This document shows, one piece after another, positions 17,717-25,810 of a stretch of 28,247 nt of DNA. Position 1 is the stretch's first letter. The number at the start of each line of letters is the position of its first letter. The DNA is from an uncultured Dehalococcoidaceae bacterium (lineage in GTDB: Bacteria > Chloroflexota > Dehalococcoidia > Dehalococcoidales > RBG-16-60-22): the NCBI GenBank assembly GCA_964489415.1, contig CAZAYK010000001.1, positions 7,324-35,570 of the forward strand, written 5' to 3'. The position numbers were made by a program, and so were the translations under genes. The notes beneath the pieces are model-generated. The model worked only from the letters and a program-made list of their open reading frames with translations. It made no database searches and was not told where the DNA came from.

Positions 17717-18538
17717 GTGGCACAGCACCCCTACAAGCTGCTGGTGGTCGATATTGATGGCACCCTGGTGGGCAGGAGCCCCCGGGTATCCGATGAGAAT
17801 AAACAAGCCCTGGCTAAGGTTGGTGAGCTGGGGATACAGGTTGCCCTGTCCACAGGGCGCTCGTTGAAATCCAGCCTCGGTATTATTGAGCAGCTATCGC
17901 TGGACGGCTATCACATATTCTTTGATGGTGCCCTGATTAGCCGTGTTGACCCGCTTGAGGAGGTTTATGTGCAGCCTGTGGATAGGTCGGTGGTGAGGCA
18001 GATGGTCGAGTTTGCTTACTCACATGACATTGACCTTGAGCTCTTTTCGGTGACGCAGTATTTCGCCCGGCGGGAGACATGGTGCACCTGGGCACGCCGC
18101 CACTTTTTCGGACATGAGGTGACCATCACCGAGCTTACCGGGCTCGGGGAGCGGGAGAGAATCATCAAGGGAGGGGTGGTGACGGCTAGCCCTGAGGAGG
18201 AGGCTAAGGCGGCACTATTCTGCCGCCAGTTTGCCGATAGCCTCTGCTTTTCCCAGGCGCGAACCCCGGCTTATCCCGGGGTTACCTTTTACAATCTGCT
18301 GGCGCCGGAGGTGTCCAAGGGGAAGGCGCTGGCCGCCCTGGCCTCGCGTCTGGGGGTGTCTCGGGATGAGGTTATGGCGGTGGGTGATGGCACCAATGAT
18401 GTCTCCCTGCTGGCGGCGGCCGGTCTGGCCGTGGCCATGGGTAACGCCGGTGACGAACTCAAGGCAATTGCTGACTACGTTACTCTTGATGTCGAGGATA
18501 ACGGTCTGGCGGCAGCGATTAACCGGTTTCTCTTATGA
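17717..18538 (+). CDS. Cof-type HAD-IIB hydrolase
   Basis: VDIDGTL, STGRS, VSKGKAL, MAVGDGTNDVSLL, AMGNA; SD AAGGGAG before the GTG start. Confidence 0.92.
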   Translation: MAQHPYKLLVVDIDGTLVGRSPRVSDENKQALAKVGELGIQVALSTGRSLKSSLGIIEQLSLDGYHIFFDGALISRVDPLEEVYVQPVDRSVVRQMVEFAYSHDIDLELFSVTQYFARRETWCTWARRHFFGHEVTITELTGLGERERIIKGGVVTASPEEEAKAALFCRQFADSLCFSQARTPAYPGVTFYNLLAPEVSKGKALAALASRLGVSRDEVMAVGDGTNDVSLLAAAGLAVAMGNAGDELKAIADYVTLDVEDNGLAAAINRFLL

Positions 18539-18646
18539 GCCGGCCCGGTACCAGCACCCCGGGGGGTAACCGGAATCCTCCGCCTAGTTGACATTGCGCG
18601 GCGGCCGAAGCTCGGCTCGCCGATGGGGCCAAACGGCTGATGGGGC

Positions 18647-18916
18647 TTAGGATGGTTTTTTCTTCGCCTTTTTCGCCTGTTTGGCTTCAAGCTTGGCTCG
18701 TTTCTTCTCCAGCTTGAGGAGGCTTCTTTGGGCAAGGTCATACTGGGCGGGCACCTCTTTTACCGGCTCGGGGGTGGACTCAAGTTTCCTCTTGCGCAGT
18801 CGCTCAATGATGAGCATGCTTAGGTAGCGCCCGAAGTAGCCGATAAAGCCGGCAGCAAAGGCCAGCCCCACCCATTTGAAGATTTCGGAAAGCGGATTTT
18901 CCGCCGGAATTTCCAT
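18647..18916 (-). CDS. Small hypothetical membrane protein with Lys-rich C-terminus
   Basis: 89 aa; one TM helix (IFKWVGLAFAAGFIGYFGRYLSMLII) and a basic tail; has its own candidate promoter. Confidence 0.7.
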   Translation of the reverse strand: MEIPAENPLSEIFKWVGLAFAAGFIGYFGRYLSMLIIERLRKRKLESTPEPVKEVPAQYDLAQRSLLKLEKKRAKLEAKQAKKAKKKPS

Positions 18917-18971
18917 ATTTCGGTTCCTTAAAATTTATATCAGCGCCATCCGGGAAGCTAGGTACTAGAAT

Positions 18972-19000
18972 ACTTTAAATAGCTGGTGGGGACTTGTCAA
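18972..19000 (-). promoter_or_regulatory. sigma70-type promoter of the small membrane protein
   Basis: TTGACA (19000-18995), 17 bp spacer, TAAAGT (18977-18972). Confidence 0.6.
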
Positions 19001-19083
19001 GAATCCATTTTCGTGGAGACGGCCAAGATAGGGTTGTCCTTCAAGGTCAAGGAAAAGGAGATGGTCTCGGCGAGGGCGGTTCA

Positions 19084-20052
19084 TTATACGTGGAGCTCGA
19101 TAACATCACCGTCCTGCAGGATGTGGTCTCTTTTGACCATAATGCCATCGTGCTTTCCTGAGCCCCAGAGACGGGCATATCTCAGCTTGGTGGCAAAGTC
19201 TTTGTGGATGCAGATAGCGGCGTCTTCCAGGGTGCTTCCCCGGTCAAGGACGATGGGATCGGTAAAGTCGGGCTTCTTGCCCGGGGACTTGGTGTAAACA
19301 CGGATAATATCCAGTGTTTCGTAGAGTTTACCTTTGAGTTCTTCTAAGCCAGTTCCGGTGGTGGCGGAGATGGCCACGAGCGGTAATTGGGCGCCGTACT
19401 TATTGTGCAGGGCGCGGTAGTTATTGCCATTGTCCAAATCCACCTTGTTAGCCGCCACCAGGGCCTTTTTGGGGTTCAGGGTATTCTCCCCCGGCGGTGT
19501 GGGCACCAGCCCGATTCTTAGTTTTGCCAGCTGGTTGATGACCTGCTCCATCTGTTCTATTGGTGAATTAGTCAAATCAACCACCACCATCAGGGCGTCC
19601 GCCCGCCGGATGATATTGGCCAGCCACCACTCGGGGGGCTGGTTGCTCAGGGGCGGGGTATCAATTAGCTGGATCTGGATATTCTCAAAAGGCATCATTC
19701 CCGGGGTGGCGTTGTGCGTGGTGAAGGGATAGGGGGCTACGGTGGGGGAAGCCTTGGTCACACTGCTGACCAGCTGGGACTTGCCGGCATTGGGCATGCC
19801 GATTACCGCCACCTGAGCGGCGCCCACCTTCTCAATGGTCATTGAGGCTCGCTGGGTGGCTGACTTCTTATCCAGGGATTGGGTTAGCTTGGCGATCTTC
19901 GCCCTCAGTTCGGCGCGGAGGTGGTCAGTGCCTTTGTGCTTGGGCATGACCGCCAGCATTTCCTCCAGGGCGGCTATCTTTTCCAGGGGGGTCTTGGCGG
20001 TGCGGTAGTTCTTTTCCGCGTCAAAATATTCTGGTGGTAGATTGGCGGGCAT
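19084..20052 (-). CDS. OBG-superfamily, DRG-like GTPase with TGS domain
   Basis: N-terminal helical hairpin with PKHKGTDHLRA; G1 GMPNAGKS, G2 YPFTT, G3 DTPP, G4 NKVD, G5 ISA; C-terminal TGS (IIRVYTK...IH...YARLWG...LQDGDVIELH). Confidence 0.85.
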   Translation of the reverse strand: MPANLPPEYFDAEKNYRTAKTPLEKIAALEEMLAVMPKHKGTDHLRAELRAKIAKLTQSLDKKSATQRASMTIEKVGAAQVAVIGMPNAGKSQLVSSVTKASPTVAPYPFTTHNATPGMMPFENIQIQLIDTPPLSNQPPEWWLANIIRRADALMVVVDLTNSPIEQMEQVINQLAKLRIGLVPTPPGENTLNPKKALVAANKVDLDNGNNYRALHNKYGAQLPLVAISATTGTGLEELKGKLYETLDIIRVYTKSPGKKPDFTDPIVLDRGSTLEDAAICIHKDFATKLRYARLWGSGKHDGIMVKRDHILQDGDVIELHV

Positions 20053-20055
20053 GGG

Positions 20056-21876
20056 TCACAAATGCTCCTTGATTCGTTTCGCCTGGCTGGGGCTGATACC
20101 GGTGGTGGCGGCTAGCTCGGCCGCTGATGCCTCCCGGATAGCCCGGATAGAACCGAACTGCTTGAGCAGGGCTCGCTTGCGTTTGGGGCCGATGCCGGGG
20201 ATAGTGTCCAGAGCCGAGGTGAAGGTAGCCCGCTTACGTAGTTTGGTATGGTAGCTTACCGCAAAGCGGTGTGCCTCATCCCTGAGGCGTTGCAGGAGCT
20301 TAAGGCCGGGGGAGGAGGGGGGCAGGATAACCGGCTTGGCTTTCTGCGGGATGAAGATTGCCTCATTTTCTTTGGCTAAACTGGCGATGGGCACGTTACT
20401 GCCGATCTCTCTCAGGGCTGCCAGGGCGGCATTAAGCTGCCCCCTGCCGCCATCAATGAGGACAAGGTCAGGCACCACTGCCCAGCTATCCGCGGCGGTG
20501 GTTTCCGTGAGGTGTTTGAAGCGCCGCTGGAGCACCTCCTGGAGCATGGCGTAGTCATTAATCCCGGCGACGGTTTTGATTCTAAAGCGGCGGTAGTGGG
20601 CTGGTTTGGGCCTGCCGTTGTCGAAGACCACCATACTGCCCACGGCGGCCTTCCCCTGAATATTGGAGACATCGTAGGCTTCCATGCGCCGCGGGGGGTG
20701 GCTGAGTCCGAGCTCCCTCTCTATTTCGGCTAGGGCAGCCTCCACTGCCTTGGGTGTGGCGAGCTGCTTGATCTTGAGCTGCTCTAAGCCCTGGCGGGCA
20801 TTTTCGGCGACAATGTCAATCAGCTCCTTCTTGTTACCCCGTTGTGGCACCTGAAGCTCAACCCGGCCGCCCCTCTTGCCCCGGAGCCATTCCTTAATAA
20901 CCGCCATATCTTCTACCGGGTGCTGGAGCAGTATTAGCGGGGGTATAGCGGGGCTGGAGGCATAAAACTGCTTGATAAAGCTGGTCATGATTTGTTGGGG
21001 CTCTTCATGGCGGGTGCCCTGCAGAACGAAGCTCTCCCGGCCGGTCAGTTTGTCATTGCGGATGAAGAAGACCTGCACATAAGCTAGGTCTCTATCCTGG
21101 GCAAAGGCAATGACATCCTGCTCCCCCCTGACCTTGGTGGCGATACGCTGCCCTTCAATGACCTTGTGGATGGCCTGGATCTGGTCTCGGAAGAAAGCGG
21201 CTTTTTCAAAGTCTAGGGCTTCAGCAGCCTGGTTCATCTTGCGCTCCAGCTCATGAACCACCCTTTCCTGTTTCCCCTCGAGGAAGAGGATTACCTGCTT
21301 GATTATTTGGGCATACTCCTCGCGGCTCACCGCGCCGATACACGGAGCCACACAGCGCCCCAGATGGTACTCGAGGCAGGCGCGGGTGTCAGTGCCGGTG
21401 ATGGGCTTGGTGCAGATTCGAAACGGGAAAATCGTCTTGATCACCTTCAGGGTCTGGCGCACCGATTTGGCGTTGGTAAATGGCCCGAAGTAACGTCCCC
21501 CGTCCTGCTCCAGGCGGCGGGTAACATAAACCCGGGGCCACTCCTCACCGGTTTCTATCTTGAGGTAGGGGAAGGTCTTATCGTCCTTGAGCCGGACATT
21601 ATAGTAGGGGTGGTGCCTCTTGATCAGGTTCAACTCAAGGATGAGGGCCTCCTGTTCTGAGGTGGTGACAAAGAAGTCAACCTCAGCCACCCGGGCCACC
21701 ATGCGTTTCATCTTGGGGGATAGCTTTTGCCCGGCGCTAAAATAGGACCGCACCCGGTGCTGAAGATTGGCCGCCTTGCCGACATAAAGGATATTCCCCT
21801 CGGCATCCTTCAGCAGGTAGACGCCCGGGCTGTTGGGTAACCGGTTCAGTTGCTCCGTTATCAGACTGCTGGCCAA
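20056..21876 (-). CDS. uvrC: Excinuclease ABC subunit C
   Basis: GIY-YIG (GVYLLKD...LYVGKA), Cys-rich segment, UVR domain (LDFEKAAFFRD), RNaseH-like EAYDVS/DLVLIDGG/RDEAHRFA, and HhH LDTIPGIGPK. Confidence 0.97.
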   Translation of the reverse strand: MASSLITEQLNRLPNSPGVYLLKDAEGNILYVGKAANLQHRVRSYFSAGQKLSPKMKRMVARVAEVDFFVTTSEQEALILELNLIKRHHPYYNVRLKDDKTFPYLKIETGEEWPRVYVTRRLEQDGGRYFGPFTNAKSVRQTLKVIKTIFPFRICTKPITGTDTRACLEYHLGRCVAPCIGAVSREEYAQIIKQVILFLEGKQERVVHELERKMNQAAEALDFEKAAFFRDQIQAIHKVIEGQRIATKVRGEQDVIAFAQDRDLAYVQVFFIRNDKLTGRESFVLQGTRHEEPQQIMTSFIKQFYASSPAIPPLILLQHPVEDMAVIKEWLRGKRGGRVELQVPQRGNKKELIDIVAENARQGLEQLKIKQLATPKAVEAALAEIERELGLSHPPRRMEAYDVSNIQGKAAVGSMVVFDNGRPKPAHYRRFRIKTVAGINDYAMLQEVLQRRFKHLTETTAADSWAVVPDLVLIDGGRGQLNAALAALREIGSNVPIASLAKENEAIFIPQKAKPVILPPSSPGLKLLQRLRDEAHRFAVSYHTKLRKRATFTSALDTIPGIGPKRKRALLKQFGSIRAIREASAAELAATTGISPSQAKRIKEHL

Positions 21877-21897
21877 CCTTGCCCCCGGTGATACTAC

Positions 21898-21915
21898 CTA
21901 GAATTTATTCTAGCA
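21898..21915 (-). promoter_or_regulatory. Extended -10 promoter of uvrC-DRG, overlapped by a palindrome
   Basis: TGcTAGAAT (21915-21907) lies within CTAGAAT-TT-ATTCTAG (21898-21913). Confidence 0.55.
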
Positions 21916-22019
21916 TAGCCTGGTTGATGAGCAAAGGGCTTGGGGAATGGCGGGGCTTCAGTTGATGGGTGCCCGATGTTACTCGGGTGGTTAAACCGGT
22001 TGCCTCGGGGAGTAATAGA

Positions 22020-22703
22020 CTAGCTTAGCTTGATCAGTCCCTGCTTGATGGCTACCACTACCGCCTCGGTGCGGGCATTGGCGTTCAGCTTGCGCAGGAT
22101 GGAGGTAACGTGGTTTTTGATGGTCTGCTCGCTGATGCCCAGTTCGGCAGCAATCTGTTTATTGAGGAACCCCTTGGCGATGTAGTCAAGGATTTCCGTT
22201 TCCCGGGGGGTGAGTGGGGACAGGAAGGCTTCCGCCTCGCTTCGCCAGTACAGTTCCTGAAACTGGTGGAGGACCTGCTCGGCTACCTTGGGGCGGGTGG
22301 TAAGGCTCTCATTTATGGGGTGCTCACCGCGAGCCACCCGCCGGATGATATCAGTAAGCTGGTCAGCGGTAACCTCTTTGCTCAAATAAGCCACCGCCTG
22401 GGCCTTGAGTGCCTGGAAGAGCTGGGCATCATTAGGGTTGGAGGTGAGCACAATTACGCCGATATTCGGGGAGCGTTGCTTTATGCGGTGGGCTAGGTTC
22501 AGGCTGTCATCAGAGGGGCCATCAATATCAACCAGGGCGACATCAGGGGGCAGGTTATCAATGGCGGTAAGTGCCTTCTCGCCAACCTCAACCACGCCGG
22601 AGATTTCAATATCTTCAACATCGGCGAGGGAGTGCTCTACCCCTTGCTGAAACAGGGATTGCTGACTGACGATGAATACCTGTATTTTACTACGCATGTT
22701 CAT
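22020..22703 (-). CDS. NarL/LuxR-family response regulator with atypical receiver
   Basis: REC fold (VALVDIDG, IVLTS, YLSK) and LuxR HTH (LTPRETEIL..IAKG..NKQIA.ELGISEQTIKNHV..IL.KL). The N-terminal acidic pair reads SQ. Confidence 0.92.
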   Translation of the reverse strand: MNMRSKIQVFIVSQQSLFQQGVEHSLADVEDIEISGVVEVGEKALTAIDNLPPDVALVDIDGPSDDSLNLAHRIKQRSPNIGVIVLTSNPNDAQLFQALKAQAVAYLSKEVTADQLTDIIRRVARGEHPINESLTTRPKVAEQVLHQFQELYWRSEAEAFLSPLTPRETEILDYIAKGFLNKQIAAELGISEQTIKNHVTSILRKLNANARTEAVVVAIKQGLIKLS

Positions 22704-22751
22704 GGCCGGGCATATTAGCTAGTTCCCAAAAGGGTTTAGCCTAAAGCAGCT

Positions 22752-25700
22752 TCACCTCCTCCCTTCTTGTGGTAGCGGTGCCGCCGTTTTGATCACGGAG
22801 CAGAAAAGCTCAACGAGGCGGGGGTCGAACTGTTTACCGGCCCCCAGCCTTATTTGCTCGAGGGCCCTCTCCGCAGGTAGCGCCTCGGCGCCCCACTGGC
22901 CGGTTGTCAGGGTGGCAAAGGCATCAGCTAGCGCCACAATGCGGGCTTCCAGTGGTATCTCGTCACCTTTCAGTCCCTCGGGGTAGCCGGTACCGTCGTA
23001 GTGCTCATGGTGATGGAGAATGCAATCAACGCAGGGAGCCAGTTGGTGAGACTGGCTGACAATAGCCGCGCCTAATTGCGGGTGGGTTTTGATTACTTCC
23101 TGCTCCTCGGCGGTGAGCTCATCTTGCTTGTTTAGTATCTCATCGCTGATGCCAATCTTGCCAATATCGTGCAGCAGGGCACAGGTTTCCAGCCTGTTTT
23201 TCTCTAGGGGCTCTAGGTTGAGGGCATCGGCCAGGGCCAGGGAGTATTCCACCACCCTCTGGGAATGCTCCCCGGTGTAATGGTCTCTGGCGTCCACCGT
23301 GGCGGCCAGGGCATATATGGAGCTTAGCGCACCGCTGCTGTCATGGGGGATTATGGCGCCGGCGGTGATCCTGCCTGATGGTTGCCGTGTTGCCGAGGCA
23401 CACCGGGTCTGGTTGCCGCCGTTTCGCTTCGCCTGGTAGAGAGCGGCATCAGCGGCGGCGATAATCTCATTGGCCCCGATGCCGTCAGCCGGCCAGGTGG
23501 CCAGCCCCAAACTGGCGGTAAGGGGAACATCTCCGGCGTTCACTGTTTTGGCCACCTTGCGGCGGACTCGTTCCGCCACTTGCTGGGCAGCCTCAACGCC
23601 GGTCTGGGGGAGGAGAATGGCAAACTCATCACCACCGTAGCGGAAGGCCTGGTCAGCGCTTCTTATGGTATTCTTCAGGGTGGTGCCGACCTGCTTGAGG
23701 ATTTTATCCCCGGCGAGGTGGCCGTAGTTATCATTGAATGTCTTGAAGGAATCCAGGTCAAGGATGATTAGTGAGAAGATGCCGCCATAGCGGGAATGGC
23801 GGCCAATTTCGCTGGAAATCATTTCGTCCAGAGAGCGGCGGTTAAGCAGCCCGGTAATCTCATCAACGCGGGCCCGTTCCTCGGCTTTGGCGTAGAGGCG
23901 GGCATTCTCCACAGCGATGGTGATTTGGGGGGATAGATACTCAAGGATCTTGATGTGGCGCTGGCTGATGGCATTGGGCTTAGTGCTGGCTATAACCAGG
24001 CTGCCGATAACGTCACCATCCATCCTTAGGGGTAGGCAAGCTATGTAGCGTATCCCCTGCTCGAGGTGGTAATTGCCGATATCAACGGTGGTGTGCTTCG
24101 CCAGGTCAGGCTCAATCAGCGGTGTTTTGTGCTCAACCACCCATTCGGTAAAGGTGCCCTTGATTGGTATCCTGTCCCCCACGTGAAAGTTGGGGTCTGC
24201 CTTGGCAGATAGCGCCAGGACAAGAAGCTCGTTCTCCTCAACAAGAAGGATTGATGCCCAGTAGATATCTATCAGCTTGTTTAGCTCGACGACGAAGCTA
24301 TCGAATATTTCGTGAATATCCAGCCGGGAGGTAATAATGGCAATTGAACGGTTAAGCAGGGACAGTTCCTCTTCACGTTCCCTGAGCTGCTCCCGCAGGT
24401 ATTCCTTTTCCATGCTTACCGCTACGCGATGGGTGACATCATCGAGCAGATTGAAGTCTTCAAGGGAGTACCGCCCAGACTGTTTTTTACCCAGTACCAG
24501 AATGGCAATTAACTTCTCCCGGCTGATTAGGGGCAGAAATAGTTCTACTTCATGTTGGTTGATTGCTTCCTTTTCCTGCCGCCACAGGCTGCGGAATTCA
24601 GGCAGGATGGACAGGTCCTCCCGGGTCAGCGGTTTTTGTTCAAAACTGAGGTACTTCACAATGGGATTGTCCTCTTTCAGAACAAGCCTGGCCAGGGGGT
24701 TATCCTTACCCTTGGGTTCCGCCAGGTGAAGGGTAAAGTTCCTGCTGTCAGCCTCAGGGAAGAGCAGGCAGGCATGCTTGCAGCCGATGGCTTTGGTGAT
24801 TAGGGATAGCAGCTCACCCCCCTGGGCTTTTAGGCTGAAGACATTGTGTATGGTGTTGGCAAATTGAGATAGCTCTTGGCGGTAGTCATAGCTTTGCCCT
24901 TGGAGGCTGCGGCTAATCAAGGTGAAGATAGAACCGCGCAGTCTGAAGATAAACCAGGCTACAGCAATAGCCACCACGGTGGCGGCCGCCGTGGCGGTCA
25001 GGCTGAGTTCAAAGTCAAGCGCGGCATGAAGGATAAACAGCAAGGTCCAATAGCTGGCAGCACCAATAATCGCCAAGACGACCCAAGCCAATCCTCGCCG
25101 CAAGACAATCCGTATATCAACCAGCTCATGCCTGATGGTGGCAAAGCTGAGGATGAAGGCGTTGATAAGGTTGCCAAAGTGGCTTATGGGGTACTCCTTG
25201 CCCCAGGGTAGCAGCGCTGCCAGGGTGAAGATGGTCAGCGTGCCGAGGCCGAGGAGGAGGGAGATGATTTGATTATACAGGACGGGATTATCGAGGACCT
25301 TTAGCCGTTTCCATAAAGCATAAGCGCTCCGGCCGAGCAGGGTCATCAGGGGCACGAGGAGGAAGATAACCCCGGGGCCGTAGTCAGGATAGAGCTTATC
25401 ACCAATGGCAGTAACCCCTCGGGGGAGAAGGCCCAGCAGCACCGCGGCAACAATCCCGGCTAGGGAAATGTAGGCAAAGGGTAACCAGCGCCCCTGCCCG
25501 GGGGCAAAGAAGGAGGAAACAAAGGTGTAGAACTGGACGGCCATTAAGGGGAAGAAGATGATGATGGCTTTAAGGAGGGGGAGGTTGTACTGGGGGTAGA
25601 AGTTACTGCGGAAGATGTAGTCAGCAAGGCTCCACAGCATAGCCGGAATGAGGAACAGGATGAAGAGCAGATGGCGCCGCTGCCAGGGCCGGCTGCTAAC

Positions 25701-25766
25701 GGTGGTCACCAGCAGTGGTATATAGGCGATTATCGCAATTAAGGGGAATAAAGAATAAATGTTCAT
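22752..25766 (-). CDS. Multi-TM sensor (HisKA_7TM-like)-GAF-GAF-GGDEF-HD-GYP protein (diguanylate cyclase / phosphodiesterase-like)
   Basis: About 280 aa hydrophobic N-terminus; two GAF-like regions; DEITGLLNRR, DLDSFKTFNDNYGHLAGD, RSAD I-site, RYGGDEF; HDIGK, HHHEHYDGTGYP. Start placed at ATG 25766 because the ORF-track TTG coincides with a -35 box. Confidence 0.9.
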   Translation of the reverse strand: MNIYSLFPLIAIIAYIPLLVTTVSSRPWQRRHLLFILFLIPAMLWSLADYIFRSNFYPQYNLPLLKAIIIFFPLMAVQFYTFVSSFFAPGQGRWLPFAYISLAGIVAAVLLGLLPRGVTAIGDKLYPDYGPGVIFLLVPLMTLLGRSAYALWKRLKVLDNPVLYNQIISLLLGLGTLTIFTLAALLPWGKEYPISHFGNLINAFILSFATIRHELVDIRIVLRRGLAWVVLAIIGAASYWTLLFILHAALDFELSLTATAAATVVAIAVAWFIFRLRGSIFTLISRSLQGQSYDYRQELSQFANTIHNVFSLKAQGGELLSLITKAIGCKHACLLFPEADSRNFTLHLAEPKGKDNPLARLVLKEDNPIVKYLSFEQKPLTREDLSILPEFRSLWRQEKEAINQHEVELFLPLISREKLIAILVLGKKQSGRYSLEDFNLLDDVTHRVAVSMEKEYLREQLREREEELSLLNRSIAIITSRLDIHEIFDSFVVELNKLIDIYWASILLVEENELLVLALSAKADPNFHVGDRIPIKGTFTEWVVEHKTPLIEPDLAKHTTVDIGNYHLEQGIRYIACLPLRMDGDVIGSLVIASTKPNAISQRHIKILEYLSPQITIAVENARLYAKAEERARVDEITGLLNRRSLDEMISSEIGRHSRYGGIFSLIILDLDSFKTFNDNYGHLAGDKILKQVGTTLKNTIRSADQAFRYGGDEFAILLPQTGVEAAQQVAERVRRKVAKTVNAGDVPLTASLGLATWPADGIGANEIIAAADAALYQAKRNGGNQTRCASATRQPSGRITAGAIIPHDSSGALSSIYALAATVDARDHYTGEHSQRVVEYSLALADALNLEPLEKNRLETCALLHDIGKIGISDEILNKQDELTAEEQEVIKTHPQLGAAIVSQSHQLAPCVDCILHHHEHYDGTGYPEGLKGDEIPLEARIVALADAFATLTTGQWGAEALPAERALEQIRLGAGKQFDPRLVELFCSVIKTAAPLPQEGRR

Positions 25767-25776
25767 ATTTAGAGAA

Positions 25777-25805
25777 ATTATCGGGGTAAACGTGGAGGCT
25801 GTCAA
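25777..25805 (-). promoter_or_regulatory. sigma70-type promoter of the DGC/HD-GYP gene (near-leaderless)
   Basis: TTGACA (25805-25800), 17 bp spacer, GATAAT (25782-25777); 10 bp to ATG 25766; no SD. Confidence 0.7.
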
Positions 25806-25810
25806 GTGAA

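Noticed and set aside
21950-22010. Intrinsic terminator after the response regulator (CCCGA-6-TCGGG hairpin)
   Set aside because: Short stem with no U-tract on either strand.
21877-22019. SOS (LexA) box for uvrC; also considered at 27585-27603
   Set aside because: No GAAC-N4-GTTC; the palindromes found have N2 or N3 spacing.
23700-23790. Hypr-type (3',3'-cGAMP-forming) GGDEF
   Set aside because: The specificity position in GHxxGD is Asp (GHLAGD), as in c-di-GMP-specific cyclases, not Ser.
25767-25805. TTG start of the DGC at 25805
   Set aside because: The TTG is part of a TTGACA -35 box with a correctly spaced -10, so it lies upstream of the predicted transcript.
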